NCBI GenBank assembly: GCA_051294375.1
Contig: CM119265.1
Coordinates: forward strand, 5,072,999 to 5,136,998
Direction: 5' to 3'
From: Paraspadella gotoi
Taxonomy: Eukaryota; Animalia; Chaetognatha
Length of the DNA stretch: 64,000 nucleotides
Shown: piece by piece, positions 35,332 through 49,802 of the stretch
Layout of the letters: the number at the start of each line of letters is the position of its first letter
Numbering within the stretch: position 1 is the first letter of the stretch
Made by a program: the position numbers and the translations under genes
The notes under the pieces: generated by a model
Told to the model about the DNA's origin: nothing
The model's input: only the letters and a program-made list of their open reading frames with translations
Database searches by the model: none

Positions 35332-38300
35332 TGTCGTCGTTCTCGACGTCGTCGTCGTTCCGACGGAATCAAAATTGAAGAATTTTTGTTTACTTAACGC
35401 GTGGCGTCGTTATTCAGGGGTGAAAGAATGAGCCCATTTGGAGATGCAATTCGGCGTGCACTGAACGTCCGGGTGCAATCTCGCGGGCATGGGGCGGGCG
35501 AATCGGTCTTTTTAGGTATGGAAAAAGGAAAGGAAAGGAAAGGGAAAAAGGAAAAAAGTTAAACGATGGAAAAAGGAGGCGCGGTTAAGGGCCGTATTTT
35601 TCTCGGGGTGGCGTGACCACGGAGGAATTTTACCCTATTCACGCTCATATCAGCTATTTTTTGAGGCGTTGGCAGCCGTGGCAACGCCGTAGCAGTTATT
35701 CTTTGTTCGACGTCGTTTCAGTTTTCATTTCTTCCGCTTTCAACAGTGGTTCACTCGGAATTGTTCCCATTCTTAGCGGGAAGTCCTTTGATCTCCTCTC
35801 CCATTTCCCACCCCTTTCCCCCCCTTCTCCAAACCTCTAACCCCCTTCCCCGTCTTTTCTTCCCCCACTTCTCCCCCCCAGCCGTGACATGAGAGCGGAT
35901 TCGACCCTCGCGAGGTGAATCGGGGGCCACGAGCTGGAAATCCATTTCACGGTTTCCAGGAGACCGAAAATGACCAAAAAGAGGAGGAGGAAAAACGAGC
36001 GGCGGGGAGGCGGCGCTGGGGCGGCAGGTTGCCGCAGGTGAGCGGCGGCCGGTCGAAAAAATCAAAAACGAATCTCTTCTTTAGAAGTTCGTTGGAATGG
36101 GGTGGGGGTGGGCTGGAGTTGTAGCGATGGTGGGACTGGTAGGGATGAGATTGTTGGAGAGGGAGAGGAGAGTGAGGGAAAAAGAAGTCGACAAGGAAAC
36201 AGGGTCTGACGGTCTGAGGAAAACCGGAGAAAAAAATAACTAAAATATTAGGCGATAATTAATAACTTCTAAATTTTTTACCATTTTTTTTTCTCTGCGC
36301 TTTCCGACTTTAATTTTTTTTTCATCGAAATTAAATAGAAGCAGCGTCTATTTCATTTAAAAGACCAAGATCAAATATAGATTTGGGAAGAATACAAGAG
36401 TTTACAATTGTTATGATAAATGAATAAAAGGAATATATCAACCTCCTCCGCGCCGGTCAATGAAGAATGGACCGAAAATTCCAGATTAATAAAAAAAACT
36501 GTGTGAGAGGAAAGTTGCAGTCCAGGATTCCATTAGAGGCTTAAAACATAAAAGATGAAAACGGAAACAACGACTCGGAATGGTTTGTCCATTCGAGAAA
36601 ACTGGATGAAGAAACGAATGGAGATAGAGATGGAGAGAGACAAGAGCGGAGAAGATATTCATCTCGAGTCACTTGACACTGCGAGCTATTTATTTCCTTT
36701 TTTTTATTTCGGAAAACCGGAAGAAGTTAATGGATGTGTAACTGATGATTGAGTTTTTCTGAAAGTGGTTTAAGGATTCTAGGGGGTTTAACGTGAAAGA
36801 ACAGCAAAGCTTTAAAAAGAAAAAACACTAGGAAAAACAAGGTTGAAAAATCAAAACGAACGAATAAGAATTCGCGAAAGAGGAAAAGGATGAAGGGCGA
36901 AAAAGGAAATAGTAAAAAAAAAAAAGGGAGGAAAACCGAAAAGGGATAAGAGGATTATAAGGGAAAAAGAGAAATAGGAGATTTAGAAATCGGAGCCGGG
37001 GTTTATGAGAGGGGAGAAAAAGAGGGAGAAAAAGAGGGGAAAGAAGGGGAAAAGGAGGGGAAAAAAATGGAGTTGGGATTAGAAAAAGGCGGGACTTTAA
37101 ATGAGTCCGGACTGGCTAGAATGAGAGGGAGAAGTGAGAATTGTGCTGGGAATGTTAGGAATTGGTGTGGGGAGAGGGGAAGAGAGAGAGAGACAGAGAA
37201 GAGAGAGGAGAGTAGAGAGAGAGGGAAGAGAAAGGGATACAAGCAGAACGAGTGAAGAATCTATAAAAAGGGATAAATTTTTGTTTTGACAATTCTACTA
37301 ATCTGTAAATTGTGAAAATATTGACAATATTACAATTACTATTTTGCGCTTAACTCCGACAGTCCCGCCCCGCCTTTTCCAAAAATGAACATAAAAAGAA
37401 TATTTCGCGCGCGAAACTCGATCCCGTTAGCATAAAGAAAATTAATAAAAATGCAGGGACCAAAAAAAAAAATGCGTTCCATTTCCTCTTTTTTTTTTTT
37501 TCTTCGAAATGACTTGAAAAATAAATCGCCTTCAAAAGAATGAAAGCGAAGTGATGGAAACGGAAATAAGTCGCTGGCCGATAGAGGGGGTGCGTTGGCA
37601 CAATGGCGACCTGCCGAAAAGGAGCCGGTCTTTAATAAACCCGTTGACGCCCATTTTCCCGCGTTTCGTCCAGCGGTGCTCCTTTTCAAAGAGCGGCGGG
37701 CGTCGCTGCGACAACAAAGGACCGCCCGCGCTCGGCGTCCAATAACATCGGGAAGTGTTGTGGCGGGCGGAAAAGACGCTGTGTACAGGAAAACGGCGGA
37801 GAAAGAGAGTTCGGAAAGAACTTCTTTTTTTTTTCTGTGACTTGCGCGCGAAGCGAAATTTTGAAATCCTTAAGATATCAGAGTTAACTTTCCTTGAACG
37901 TTTTTTATTCGAATTTACAAAAAGTGAAGAATTCCCCGATGGTCGAGATATCACGGTTGTGTCCGTAAAGTCATATATTTCAGTTCGTTCGGGTCGGAAA
38001 CGAAAAAGCGATCAGTTCGTCATCGTCCTCGATCCCAAATTGGGGCAGATTTAGCAACGGAATTCAAATGACAAGATAACTATGAGGAACGATCAACTAG
38101 ATCAACTGGACATCAGCTATTCTGTCTGATGACCTCTCATTGACCTGCATGTCTTTTATCTTTGACGGAGGGAGCCTCGAGTAAGTACAATGAGCGAATT
38201 GTAAATTCTGAGTCTCAGTGGAACTATGTGTGAGGATAGCCGGGTTACAACTGATTTGTCATGTTAGAAATATTAATTTTTTACAATATTAAATACATCG

Positions 38301-41300
38301 AATAACATCTATTCACAGAACAAAGTCGCACCTCACGCTATATTCCGCTTCGACATTACGTCACCTATGTAGCCACAACGTCGACGATCTATCACAATTT
38401 GACATCGCGTCACATTCCTCCTGCGTCACACACCTCCTCGGCAAGCGAGTCCCGCGTCGGATCTCGCCTTTCGGCTGGGTCTGGAAGTGGGCGGGGGGCA
38501 AGGGGGCGGGGAGGCGTGACCGCGCGACTATTTCTTTATCCCGGTCGACTCCGTCATAATCATTTGGCATTCGTTTCCGGTTTCAGCTGTTAGATACGAT
38601 GACCAATGGCGCAATATATTTTCAACGTCCCAAACACGACTGAAGTTGAAGTTGTGGCTTTTTTTTTTTCTGTTTTGTGTTTCTCCTCGTCTTTTTTTTT
38701 TCTATTTTTTTTTGTTCCTTTTTTTTTTTTTTTTTTTTTTATTGTTTTTTTTTTGTTTTTTTTTTTTTTTTTTTTATGTTTTATTGCGTGTGTTGTTCGT
38801 TTAGTGTGTGCTGTATTTTTTTTTTATAGAATAATATGTGAGGTTCTTGCTTAAACCGACAAGTGAGGGCGGGAAAATTGGGTTTGTTTTCTTAGTTTTT
38901 TATATGCTGGCGGTGGCTTCGAAATAAAGTGGAAAGACGAAGAAAAAAAATATAGAAAAAGGGCTTTCGCCGCGTCATTGCAACCGACTCGGAAAATATG
39001 AAAAAAAAATCCTACCCGAGAGATTGAAACAAGGAGCACCCCCCAAAAATTTCTAACGGCCCGTGGCAAAGAAGAATAAGAGTTAATTCAAAAGAGAAAA
39101 GCCAGTCTCATGCGAATATTTTTGTTTATGTTCTAAACTTTTAGTTTACTCTACCTCCGTTTGAAATCTGAATTAGGCTGTGATTTCGTTCGTAAATGCG
39201 TGATTATCCAAAAAAGTTTTAAAGAAAGAACGAATAGAAACCGCCGCGGGCGTGTAAATCTATTGTTAAATAAAGCCCAGATATTGTGTCGTTTTGCAAA
39301 GCGGAAATCTCAGTTGTGACCTCCTACGCAATGTAAAGAGGTATACAGTATAGTAGTATAGATTAGGAAGTACGTTGTTCAGTGTTAAAGGTGCACGTGA
39401 GCTACTCGATGCGAAATAAGTATAAGTGATATTTTAGATGTAGTATGAGAGTGCAGGAGAAAAGTCACTCCGAATCATCTGCAATTGTCATTCAAATAGT
39501 ATAGAGAGTAAAAATAACGTCAAAATGTCATTAAAAACGCCACTTAGCCTTCGGATTAATTAACCTCGTGAGGAATTAGAGTCTGAAAATGTAGCCCGTC
39601 TGATTGAGAGTTCAAAAATGTTCCCTCCCTCTTCGCCTTACTCTCCTCGTCATCAGTACCGCGATTCGGGCTTAACTTTCCTTACATTTGGCGATAAATC
39701 CATCCCTAATGTAGCGTCCATCGTTCCATTATACTACTGACGTCGTTTCCTGTGGGCGCGTTAATTTTCATCACCACTTATACGGTTACTCCGGCGTCGT
39801 GTTTACATCCTCCCTTTCCTCTCTCTCGTCTCTCTCCTCGCGCCGTCTCTCTCCTCTCTCTCTCTCTCTCGTCTGATACGTGTCGTCCTCTCCTCTGCCT
39901 TCGTCGGTTCGCGCCCATGAATTTATTTCACTACACTGCGTTTGTCTTTCCCTCCTCCTGCCCTTATTCCTTTACAGTCCAGACCCTTTTTGCCTATCTC
40001 GTCCTATATGTCCGCCTTCGTTTAAATCGCAATCCGGTTTTTTTCTAATATAATTCTTAGAAGTCGTGTTTCCTCGCTTCATTCGAAGAGGATCTACAAG
40101 CAAGAATAGGCCAACCCTTTTTTTTGTTTTTGTTGATGTCTCTCTTGGTGCTGACAGATGGTTTCCGTATAGCCAGACGCAAGTTTATACCCACTATCGT
40201 GTGAGCGTCATTGTTTTTGTGTTGTGTCGCTTTTTGCGTCTTTTGCTCAAAATAGCGCCGACGAAGAGAAAACAGAACATCTGGAGAACAAAGATGAAAG
40301 CGACGATGCCTAATACAAAAAAGATGAGATCCGCATTCTGATATCGCGCCTTGAGATATAAAGGACGACGACGACGCGACCTAAACGGGCGCGACGACGA
40401 AGACGACGTGCGACGACTGAAGACGCGGATGTGACTCGATCTACGAAGCTCGACGACCCCGACCGGACCTCCGAGCACGATACTCGTCAGTGTTGGCAAA
40501 AGAAAGAAAAAAGTAGGCCCGCGATAACTCCAGCTTGCGTAGTGAGCGATTTTAGGTGACTTAAAAAAGGTAATATAACGGTGCCAGAGGTGCATATGGA
40601 AAGCTCTGAGCAACAGATAGGAGATCGCGGAGAAACGGGCGATCAAAATGCGCGTGTGAAAAATAACAAAAAATTACCAGATAAACTAGGCACATCGTGC
40701 TCTAATGATAATCTATCAACAAAAAGAGCCCAAAGGAAAAACAGAATTCTTCGCGATATTATATCTCTCGGCGAAGGAAACCAATTCTTCATGATTATAT
40801 TCTGAGATCGCGTATTCGAATAAATATGTATCAATAGCTCTCTAAATTATATCTTAGAAATTAAGTTGAAAAAGCAAAAAGAATTCTCGCTGGCTCGAAA
40901 GAGAGTGAAATCGGGGGGTTTCTCCCTCGTCTATACATTCTCTTCAGTGAGTATTTCACTCTTTTAAGGAAACCGGGAAAAGGAGAAATATTATCCTCCG
41001 ACAACTCAAAACGTAAATAGGTAGTGAAATAACACAGCGTACTTTTTTAGTAGTTAGTGCTTGGGATGCTATGTCTCGTGTCGGTCAGCCGATACTTGCT
41101 GACAAGCAAATGCGGGGAAGATATAGGCGTGATGATGACAGTATTTCACCTCGTCATGCAACCCTCCGGCAACCAAGTGATGTCTTCTCGTCCAGTCGAT
41201 TTAATTGGGTGTCATTAGATCTAGGGCTCTGGGCCTGAGGAGAAGAAGAAGGCGACTTTGGCGTGTGGCCCAGTGTGGTAGGCTAACGTACCTCATGAGG

Positions 41301-41403
41301 CTCGAATTAGATAGGCGGTGCCGGAGATCAGAGTCGGTTTCTGACCCTGTAGCGTAAGTGGTGATACATTCTCCATGCTTTCTGTAAACTGAAATGGCCG
41401 GGA
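34061..41403 (-). repeat. Inverted duplicate of ~43875-50030
   Basis: 34760-38050 matches the reverse complement of 46500-49620 closely. 39750-41403 matches the reverse complement of 43875-46350 with heavy noise. Starts at a 25-N gap. Confidence 0.88.
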
Positions 41404-42740
41404 CCAGTCGTCTCTCGTACATCTATATTTATTAATTTATTCTCCGAATTTTTGACATTGTTTTTGTAGTTGAGTACGACTACAAAACCACAAATCACGA
41501 CGACATGACGTCTACAAAGTCCTCAGGCGTGGAATTAAATGTTCTTCAGCAGTGCAGGAAGAAAGAATAGTGTTTTCTTTAATTACGTTCCTCGTCCTCA
41601 CCGCGAGCCGACGAATCCGCTAAAACTTCGAGTTTTCCTTCCCTCATAAAACGAGAGCTCCAGACAAAATCATCTTAATATACAATTCCTATCCTTCCTC
41701 ATTCCGCCCTTAAGTCCCTATAATTCTACTCCACTTCCTCCGTAAGCGACCACTCTGCGCGAAATCCTGAACCATGTTTGATCCTCGAGAGCGTGCTAGA
41801 GCATACACCCGCTCGTCGTACTCGTGCCCTCTCCTTTTCTCTTCTCGTTGGCCAAATCGTTTGCTGTGCGTATCTCTATATAGAACGCCGCCTTTCTCTG
41901 TATTGTACCGCTCGGCCTCCGTCACATTCGCCTATTCATATCGTGTGTATCCCTCCTGCGATTTAGTGCGAGGCGCATCTAGCTATAGGCCAGGTGCTTC
42001 GCCCCGAAGGGGACTCTCTCTCAAGCAGGTAACTAAAACTAAAAGCTCTTTGCTCTGGCGACTTGAAAAATAGTGAATAAAGAGATATATCAAATTATAG
42101 AAAAATTAATACAGAGTGATGTGTATCAAAGAATATGAGATTATTGAAATAAACTCCGACTGTATGTTTTTATTCCCCGTGTGAACGTGCGCAGCAAGAA
42201 TCGGAAGAGGGCGAGGGCGACGTACGGATTATTAGCCTATGACGACGACGACAACGACAAAGGCAGAAAGAGTTACGCCGTTAATTATTATTTGCAGTTG
42301 TTGATTCGCTCTTCTGCTCAAACCAATTTGTTCGGAAGAGAGAGAGAGAGATACGAGGACGATTGTTAGAGTGATACTTGTGATGATGGATTTATGAGCG
42401 AATTCGAAAAAGCTGTAAATAATGATAGTAAATAAACATTGCGCGTTGGCGGAGAAAGTCGAAAGTCTCTCGGAAGATATAAATGATAAATGATAAAAAC
42501 ATAAAACATTAGATTGCAGGAAAACATTTATAAAACAATTATCCGTTCTATTTTGTGTTTAATAAAAATTGACCACGAGGACCGCGCGGGATCAAACCTT
42601 TGAGATGGAACCTACAAATGGGAATCATGAGCGGAAAGCAAAAACCTTGGTTACTGTTTTTGATGTGTTGGTAATGGTTAGTTTCGTTTTTTTTCTCCGG
42701 TTCAGAAATTAATCGCTCGGTGGTGAACCAAAAAAAAATT
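41404..42740. repeat. Mosaic of three distant pieces
   Basis: 41404-42350 matches 60427-61090 (direct). 42360-42431 matches the reverse complement of 43347-43415. 42432-42740 matches 33718-34025 (direct). Confidence 0.8.
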
Positions 42741-43190
42741 TAAAAAAAACCCGCCAAGCGTATGATTTAGAGATGAAATTTCAAAGCCATCGACTGTAGC
42801 AATTTTTAATTCGTATTCCTACCGGTCAATTGGCAGCATTCGGCTGCATTCGCATTTGAAGAAAAAAACGGCAGAAGCTAGGTTGGAATATGAAAAGAAT
42901 TATATTGAAAATGTCTTTGAAAAATGTTTCTATTTTTTTTAAATTACAATGAGTTTCAATTATGTATAACTTCATGTTAAAATCTGAAAGCGAAGCACTA
43001 CAAGCTTCGAGAAAAATAAATATTACGGGCTCTTGTTCCGAACGATGAAGCCCGCGGGCCTTTTGAATCATCGGTTTGACGCGCAAATCGCGCTGAAGGT
43101 AAAAAAAAATCATTTGAATTTTCCCTCCTTCCACGTCAACGGATAGTCACCGACTCCCTCTTTGTCTCTCTCTCTCTCTCTCCTCTCTCT

Positions 43191-43244
<54 letters not shown>

Positions 43245-44294
43245 TCTCTCTCCCTCTCTCTCTCTCTGGCTCTCTGTTGTTGCGTGTGGTCAGAGCGCTG
43301 ATCTCGGCAAATCTAAAAATTAAAAACAAAAAATAGAGTATGGTCCTTACTATCATTATTTACAGCTTTTTCGAATTCGCTCAAAATCCATATCACAAAG
43401 TTCACAATAATCGCCCAAACCCATTCTTTTCCCTCACAACTTTTCCCTAAGCGCAGTTCAATCTCACGGAAAAAACAGTCGTAATTTTTTTTTCAAAAGA
43501 AAAACATTTCCCATCGCCAAGTCGTAAACAAGATGGCCTTGGAAATCGCGGCGAATGACTCCTTCAAAATGTCGCAATGGCATAATGGCATAATGGGGCG
43601 CGAGAAAGAGAGAAAGGCGCGCATATGATTCACCACCTGTTGCCACAAAGAATGCCATTTGTCGCGCGTTTCTCTTCCCTCGGGCCACTTGTTGCGTCGG
43701 AGAGGGCGGGGGAGTAGAGACTGGCGGTGGGGGTGGATGAAGAGAGTGAGTCGAGGCTGTTGGTTGGCGGGAGAAACGAAGTAGGCGTCGCCGGCGGCGA
43801 ACGAAAGAAAAATATTTTCCCGCGAAACATTTTCCCGAGGGATGACGTCATCGTCGTCGTCGTCGTCGTAGTCGTCCTCGCCATCAGTTACGAGCTTGAA
43901 TGTCACCTTCGCCGTCAGACCGACTCTGTCTCTCGCTTTCTGTCTCTGTCTCACTCTGGGTCACCAATCTTCTCTTTCCTCCTCAGGCCCAACCCTTCTA
44001 ATCCCACTTTCGCTGCCATCAACTTGTTGCGGGTTCGTCTCGAGGGAATCTCTCACTCCTAATTTCCCCCCCCGCATTTTTCACAAGTATCGGCTACGAC
44101 AGAACTCTCCGCAAATATATTCTTATTTCACTACCTATTTTCAATTTTGAGTTTTGAATTTTCTTTTTCCGTTTCCTTAAAAGAGTGAAATATCACTGAA
44201 GAGAGTGATATAAAAACGAGGGAGAAACCCCCGATTCACTCTCTTTCGAGCCAAGCGAGAATTCTTTTTGCTTTCACTTAATTCTAAGATATAA

Positions 44295-45179
44295 NNNNNN
44301 NNNNNNNNNNNNNNNNNNNNNNNNNNNNNNNNNNNNNNNNNNNNNNNNNNNNNNNNNNNNNNNNNNNNNNNNNNNNNNNNNNNNNNNNNNNNNNNNNNNN
44401 NNNNNNNNNNNNNNNNNNNNNNNNNNNNNNNNNNNNNNNNNNNNNNNNNNNNNNNNNNNNNNNNNNNNNNNNNNNNNNNNNNNNNNNNNNNNNNNNNNNN
44501 NNNNNNNNNNNNNNNNNNNNNNNNNNNNNNNNNNNNNNNNNNNNNNNNNNNNNNNNNNNNNNNNNNNNNNNNNNNNNNNNNNNNNNNNNNNNNNNNNNNN
44601 NNNNNNNNNNNNNNNNNNNNNNNNNNNNNNNNNNNNNNNNNNNNNNNNNNNNNNNNNNNNNNNNNNNNNNNNNNNNNNNNNNNNNNNNNNNNNNNNNNNN
44701 NNNNNNNNNNNNNNNNNNNNNNNNNNNNNNNNNNNNNNNNNNNNNNNNNNNNNNNNNNNNNNNNNNNNNNNNNNNNNNNNNNNNNNNNNNNNNNNNNNNN
44801 NNNNNNNNNNNNNNNNNNNNNNNNNNNNNNNNNNNNNNNNNNNNNNNNNNNNNNNNNNNNNNNNNNNNNNNNNNNNNNNNNNNNNNNNNNNNNNNNNNNN
44901 NNNNNNNNNNNNNNNNNNNNNNNNNNNNNNNNNNNNNNNNNNNNNNNNNNNNNNNNNNNNNNNNNNNNNNNNNNNNNNNNNNNNNNNNNNNNNNNNNNNN
45001 NNNNNNNNNNNNNNNNNNNNNNNNNNNNNNNNNNNNNNNNNNNNNNNNNNNNNNNNNNNNNNNNNNNNNNNNNNNNNNNNNNNNNNNNNNNNNNNNNNNN
45101 NNNNNNNNNNNNNNNNNNNNNNNNNNNNNNNNNNNNNNNNNNNNNNNNNNNNNNNNNNNNNNNNNNNNNNNNNNNNNNN
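44295..45179. other. Assembly gap (885 N)
   Basis: N run. Other gaps: 180-318, 1383-1547, 52237-52246, and 25-N gaps at 6539, 20906, 30414, 34036, 52678 and 60066. Confidence 0.99.
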
Positions 45180-48100
45180 AGATAATAATCTAAGTTGTAT
45201 TTTTACTTTTACTGAATTTATTTCTCCGTACAGATTTTTCATTAAAGTTTGTCTGTATAAATCATTCGGTAAGAATCTCTTGCTTATCTTTTGTCTCTCT
45301 TTTTTATATATTTTTTTTTAATCATTTCGCTGTTTTTTTTGTTCTTTTCGTAATCGATTTTCATTTCCCCATTTTTTCCCCGTTTCTCCCCCACTTCTTC
45401 TTTTTTCTCATGCTTTCTCCTTCCATTCCCCTTTATTTCGCTTTTTTTTCATCCTAATGCTCCCCGCTGAGTTTCCGCCTACTTTGTTTCGTTTTCTTTG
45501 CCATAAGACACCAGTCGTCATCGTCCGTCGTCAATTCGTCGTCGTTCGTTTCGTCGTCGTCATGCTTCGTCGGGTCGAGTTCGTCGCCGTCGTTCTTTCG
45601 CGTTAACCGTCGGCCGTCGTCTTTCGTCCGTCGTCGCCGTCAGTCTTCGTCCGTTGCGTCGGCCGTCACTTTCGTCATTCGGGTGCGTTGCCGGTCGCCG
45701 TTGCGTCGTCCGTCGTTCGTCTGCCCTCTCTCCATGTCGGCGAACAGATGCCGTCTCATCTTTTTTTTTGTTATTCATCTGCTTTTTTTCCAGATTTTTT
45801 GTCTCTCTCTACGGACTAATTTGGAGAAAATCTAACGAGAAAAGCAGAACACAACAAATGCAGTGCTTGCGGAAAAACTTGACGTTTGACGAAACCATCG
45901 GTTTCGAACTGCAGCAAACAAAAAAAAAAAAAGTTAAAGGTTGCGCTTCTTCGGCTCTCGAATAGCCGAACAGCGCCTCAAAGAGGAAGAACGCGGACTT
46001 TAACGAAGCGCGAAAATAGCGTCACGAAAAAGCGCAAAAAACGGCGTCTCGCGGACTGTAAAGGAATAAAGCAGTGACGGAGGGGAAGACAACGCCAAGC
46101 TTAGGAAAATAATTGGGCACGCGGAACGACCGACGAGAGCAGAAGAGAGAAGAGCGATGAGAGACCCTGAGATGAGGAGAAGAGATGATTGCAGCCGGAG
46201 ACTATAGCCCAGGAGAGGAAGCAGACGATCGAGAGCAGATCGCGAGACGAGAGAGCAGAGTAGAGAGAAAGCGGAGGAATGAGAACACGACGCCGTGCCT
46301 GCCGGATGAAATGCCGACGAAAAATACAACGCTCCGTATGATTAGATAAGTGGTGATTCGCCACAGGAAACGAACGTCATCTCTCTTCTTTTTTAACTCG
46401 AGGTCCCTCGTCAAAAGATAACGGGGCATGAGGTCAGGACGAGAGGTCACGAGATATGAGATCAGGATCTCAGTGTCCTGTCATGTATTGAATCGTCAAC
46501 ATCTCCCAATTGGGATGAGGACGATGACGACGACGTCGACGAACGAACTGAAATATTGACTTTAGGAACAACCGAATTGACATCGAATTCTTCACTTTTT
46601 GTAAATTCGAATAAAAACGTTCAAGGAAAGTTAACTCTGATATCTTACAGATTTCAAATTTTCGACTTCGCGCCAAAGTCACAGAAAAAAAAGAAGTTCT
46701 TTCCGAACTCTCTTTTCCTCCGCGTTTCCTGTACACAGCGTCTTTTCGCGCCGCCACAACTTCCGTTTTATTGGACGCCGAGCGCCGGGCGGTCCTTTGG
46801 TCCAGCGACGCCGCCGCTCTTGAAAGGAGCACCGCTGGACGAAAGCGGGATGGCGTCAACGACGCCGGTTATTGAAACGCCCCCCTTTTCGCGGTCGCCA
46901 TTGTGCCACGCACCCCCTCTATCGCCAGCGACTTATTTCCGTTTCCATCCAGCGTCGCTTTCATTTCTTTTGAAGGCGATTTTTCAAGTCATTTCGAAGA
47001 AAAGAAAAAAAAAAGAGGAAATGGAACGCATTTTTTTTTTTGGTCCCTGCATTTTTATTATTTTCTTTATGCTAACGGGATCGAGTTTCGCGCGGAAATA
47101 TTCCTTTATGTTCATTTTTGGAAAGGCGGGACGGGGACTGCGGAGGTTAAGGCAAAATAGTAAATTTATATTGTCAATATTTCACATTTCACAGATTAGG
47201 TGAGAATATGCTCAAACAAATTTATCCTTTTTATAGATCTTCACAGTCGTTCTGCTAATTTGCTTTATCTTCTCTCGTCTCATCTACCTTCTCTCTCTAT
47301 TCCTGTCTCGCTTCTCTCTCTCTCTTCTCTCATCCCTTCTCTCCTCGTCTCTCTGTTACTCCCCTCTCCCACACCCATTATTCCCCACCTCGTCTCCCTC
47401 TATTCTATCCACGGACTCATTTAAAGTCCCGCCTTTCTTAATATCCCAACTCCCATTTTCCCGCTCCCTTTTCCCTCTTTTTCCCCTCTTTTTCCCCTCT
47501 TTTTCCCCCTCTCATAAACCCCGCTCCGATTTCTAAATCCTATTTCTCTTTTTCCCTTATAATCCTCTTATCCCTTTCGGTTTTCCTCCCCTTTTTTTTC
47601 TTTCCTTTTTTCGCCCTTCTCCTTTTCCTCTTTCGCGATTCCTTATTCGTTTCGTTTTGATTTTTCAACTTTGTTTTCTATGTTTTCTTTTTAAAGCTTT
47701 CTGTTCTTCACGTTAAACCCCCTAGAATCCTTACCACTTTCAGAAACTCAATCATCAGTTACACATCCATTAACTTCTTCCGGTTTTCACGAATAAAAAA
47801 AGGAAATAAATAGCTTGCGGTGTCAGTGACTCGAGATGGAATATCTCCGTCTCTGTCTCTCTCCATCTCTATCTCCATCGTTTCTTCATCCAGTTTTCTC
47901 GAATGGAACAAACCATTCCGAGTCGTTGTTCCGTTTTCATCTTTTATGTTTTAAGCCTCTAATGGAATCTTGGACCGGCAATTTCCTCTCACAGTTTTTT
48001 TATTAATGGAATTTTCGGTCCATTCTTCATTGACCGGCGCGGAGATTGATATATTCTTTTTATCATTTATCATAACATTGTTAAACTCTTGTATTCTTCC

Positions 48101-49099
48101 CAAAATCTATATTTGATCTTTGTCTTTTAATAAATAGACGCTGTTTCCTATTTAGATCTCAGATGAAAAAAAAATTAAAGGTCGGAAAGCGCAGAGAAAA
48201 AAAAATGGTAAAAAATTTAGAAGTTATTAATTATCGCCTAAATATTTTAGTTGATTTTTTTCTCCGGTTTCCCTCAGACCGTCAGACCCTGTTTCTTGTT
48301 CGACTCTTTTCCCTCACTCTCTCCCTCTCCAACTCTCATCCCTACCCAGTACCCACCCATCGCTACACTCCAGCCACCCCACCCCATTCCAACGAACTGC
48401 TAAGAAAAGAGATTCGTTTTGATTTTCGAGCCAGCCGCCGCTCCCTGCCGCCACCGCCGCCCCAGCGCCGCCTCCCCGCCGCTCGTTTTCTCCTTTTTTG
48501 TCATTTCGGTCTCCGTGGAAACCGTGAAATGGATTTCCGAGCTCGTGGCCCGATTCACCTCGCGAGGTCGAATCCGCTCTCATTCACGCTGGGGGGGAGA
48601 AGTGGGGAGAAAAGACGGGGAGGGGGTTAGAGGTTTGGAGAAGGGGGGGAAAGGGGTCGGGGAAAATGGGAGAGGAGATCCAAAGGACTTCCCGCTAAGA
48701 ATGGGAACAATTCCGAGGTGAACCACCTGTTGAAAGCGGAAGAATGAAAACGAAACGACGTCGAACAAAGAATAACTGCTACGGCGTGCCACGGCCTGCC
48801 ACGCCCAAAATAGCTGATATGAGCCGTGAATAGGTAAATTCCTCCGTGGTCACGCCACCCCGAGAAAATAGGCGCCCTTAACCGCGCCTCCTTTTTCCTC
48901 GTTTAATTTTTTTCCTTTCCTTTCCTTTCCTTTCCTTTTCCATACTAAAAAGAACCGATTCGCCCGCCCCATGCCCGAGAATGCACCCGACGTTCAGTGC
49001 ACCCGAATTGCATCTCCAAATGGGGCTCATTCTTTCACCCCTGGAATACGACGCCAACGCGTTAAGTAAACAAAATTCTTCAATTTGATTCCGTCGAGA

Positions 49100-49100
<1 letters not shown>

Positions 49101-49140
<40 letters not shown>
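49101..49140 (+). repeat. (CGA)n microsatellite
   Basis: Perfect trinucleotide run. Others at ~33617, 49659 and 49769. Confidence 0.95.
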
Positions 49141-49763
49141 AACCGTCGAAGGCCTTGGCTTCGCGCCTCGTTTCGAATGAAATGCTTAAATTCTCTTGGA
49201 AACGCTCCAATTTTTCTTCTTTTTTTTGTTGCCTTGGAATTTATCTCTTTCCAAGGTTCAAGAACCTCGAATTGATAATAACGACCTCAATTAAACGTAA
49301 ACTATGAATAATTTGTTGTTTAAATTAGAATAATTTACTTATTCCCGTAAATTTTTCAATTTATGTTAGTTATTTAATCACGTGAGTTTCTAATATATAA
49401 AAGATAAACAGAGAACTGATGCGTCGAAGGTTATTACCTAGTTTCAATTGGATTGATAAAAGCAAAGAAAAAAGAATTTTGGCAAATCATAAACAGATGA
49501 GAATGAGATGAAAAATAAATTAGTATTTATGTCAAGGTAGTTTAATCGCGAGAGAAAGGGTTTACTTATTATTATTATTTATACTTCATGGTTAAACTGG
49601 CCAAAACATCTTTGTGAAATCTCAGTTAGGAAAAAAACCTGTTGGATATCAGTCTGGCCGACGACGACGACGACGACGACGACGACGAAAAATACGAGCG
49701 CACGTGATTGACAGAAACGATGACAGCAGTAAAGTGAAGATGATAACCCTCAAAGCACGAGAT

Positions 49764-49802
<39 letters not shown>

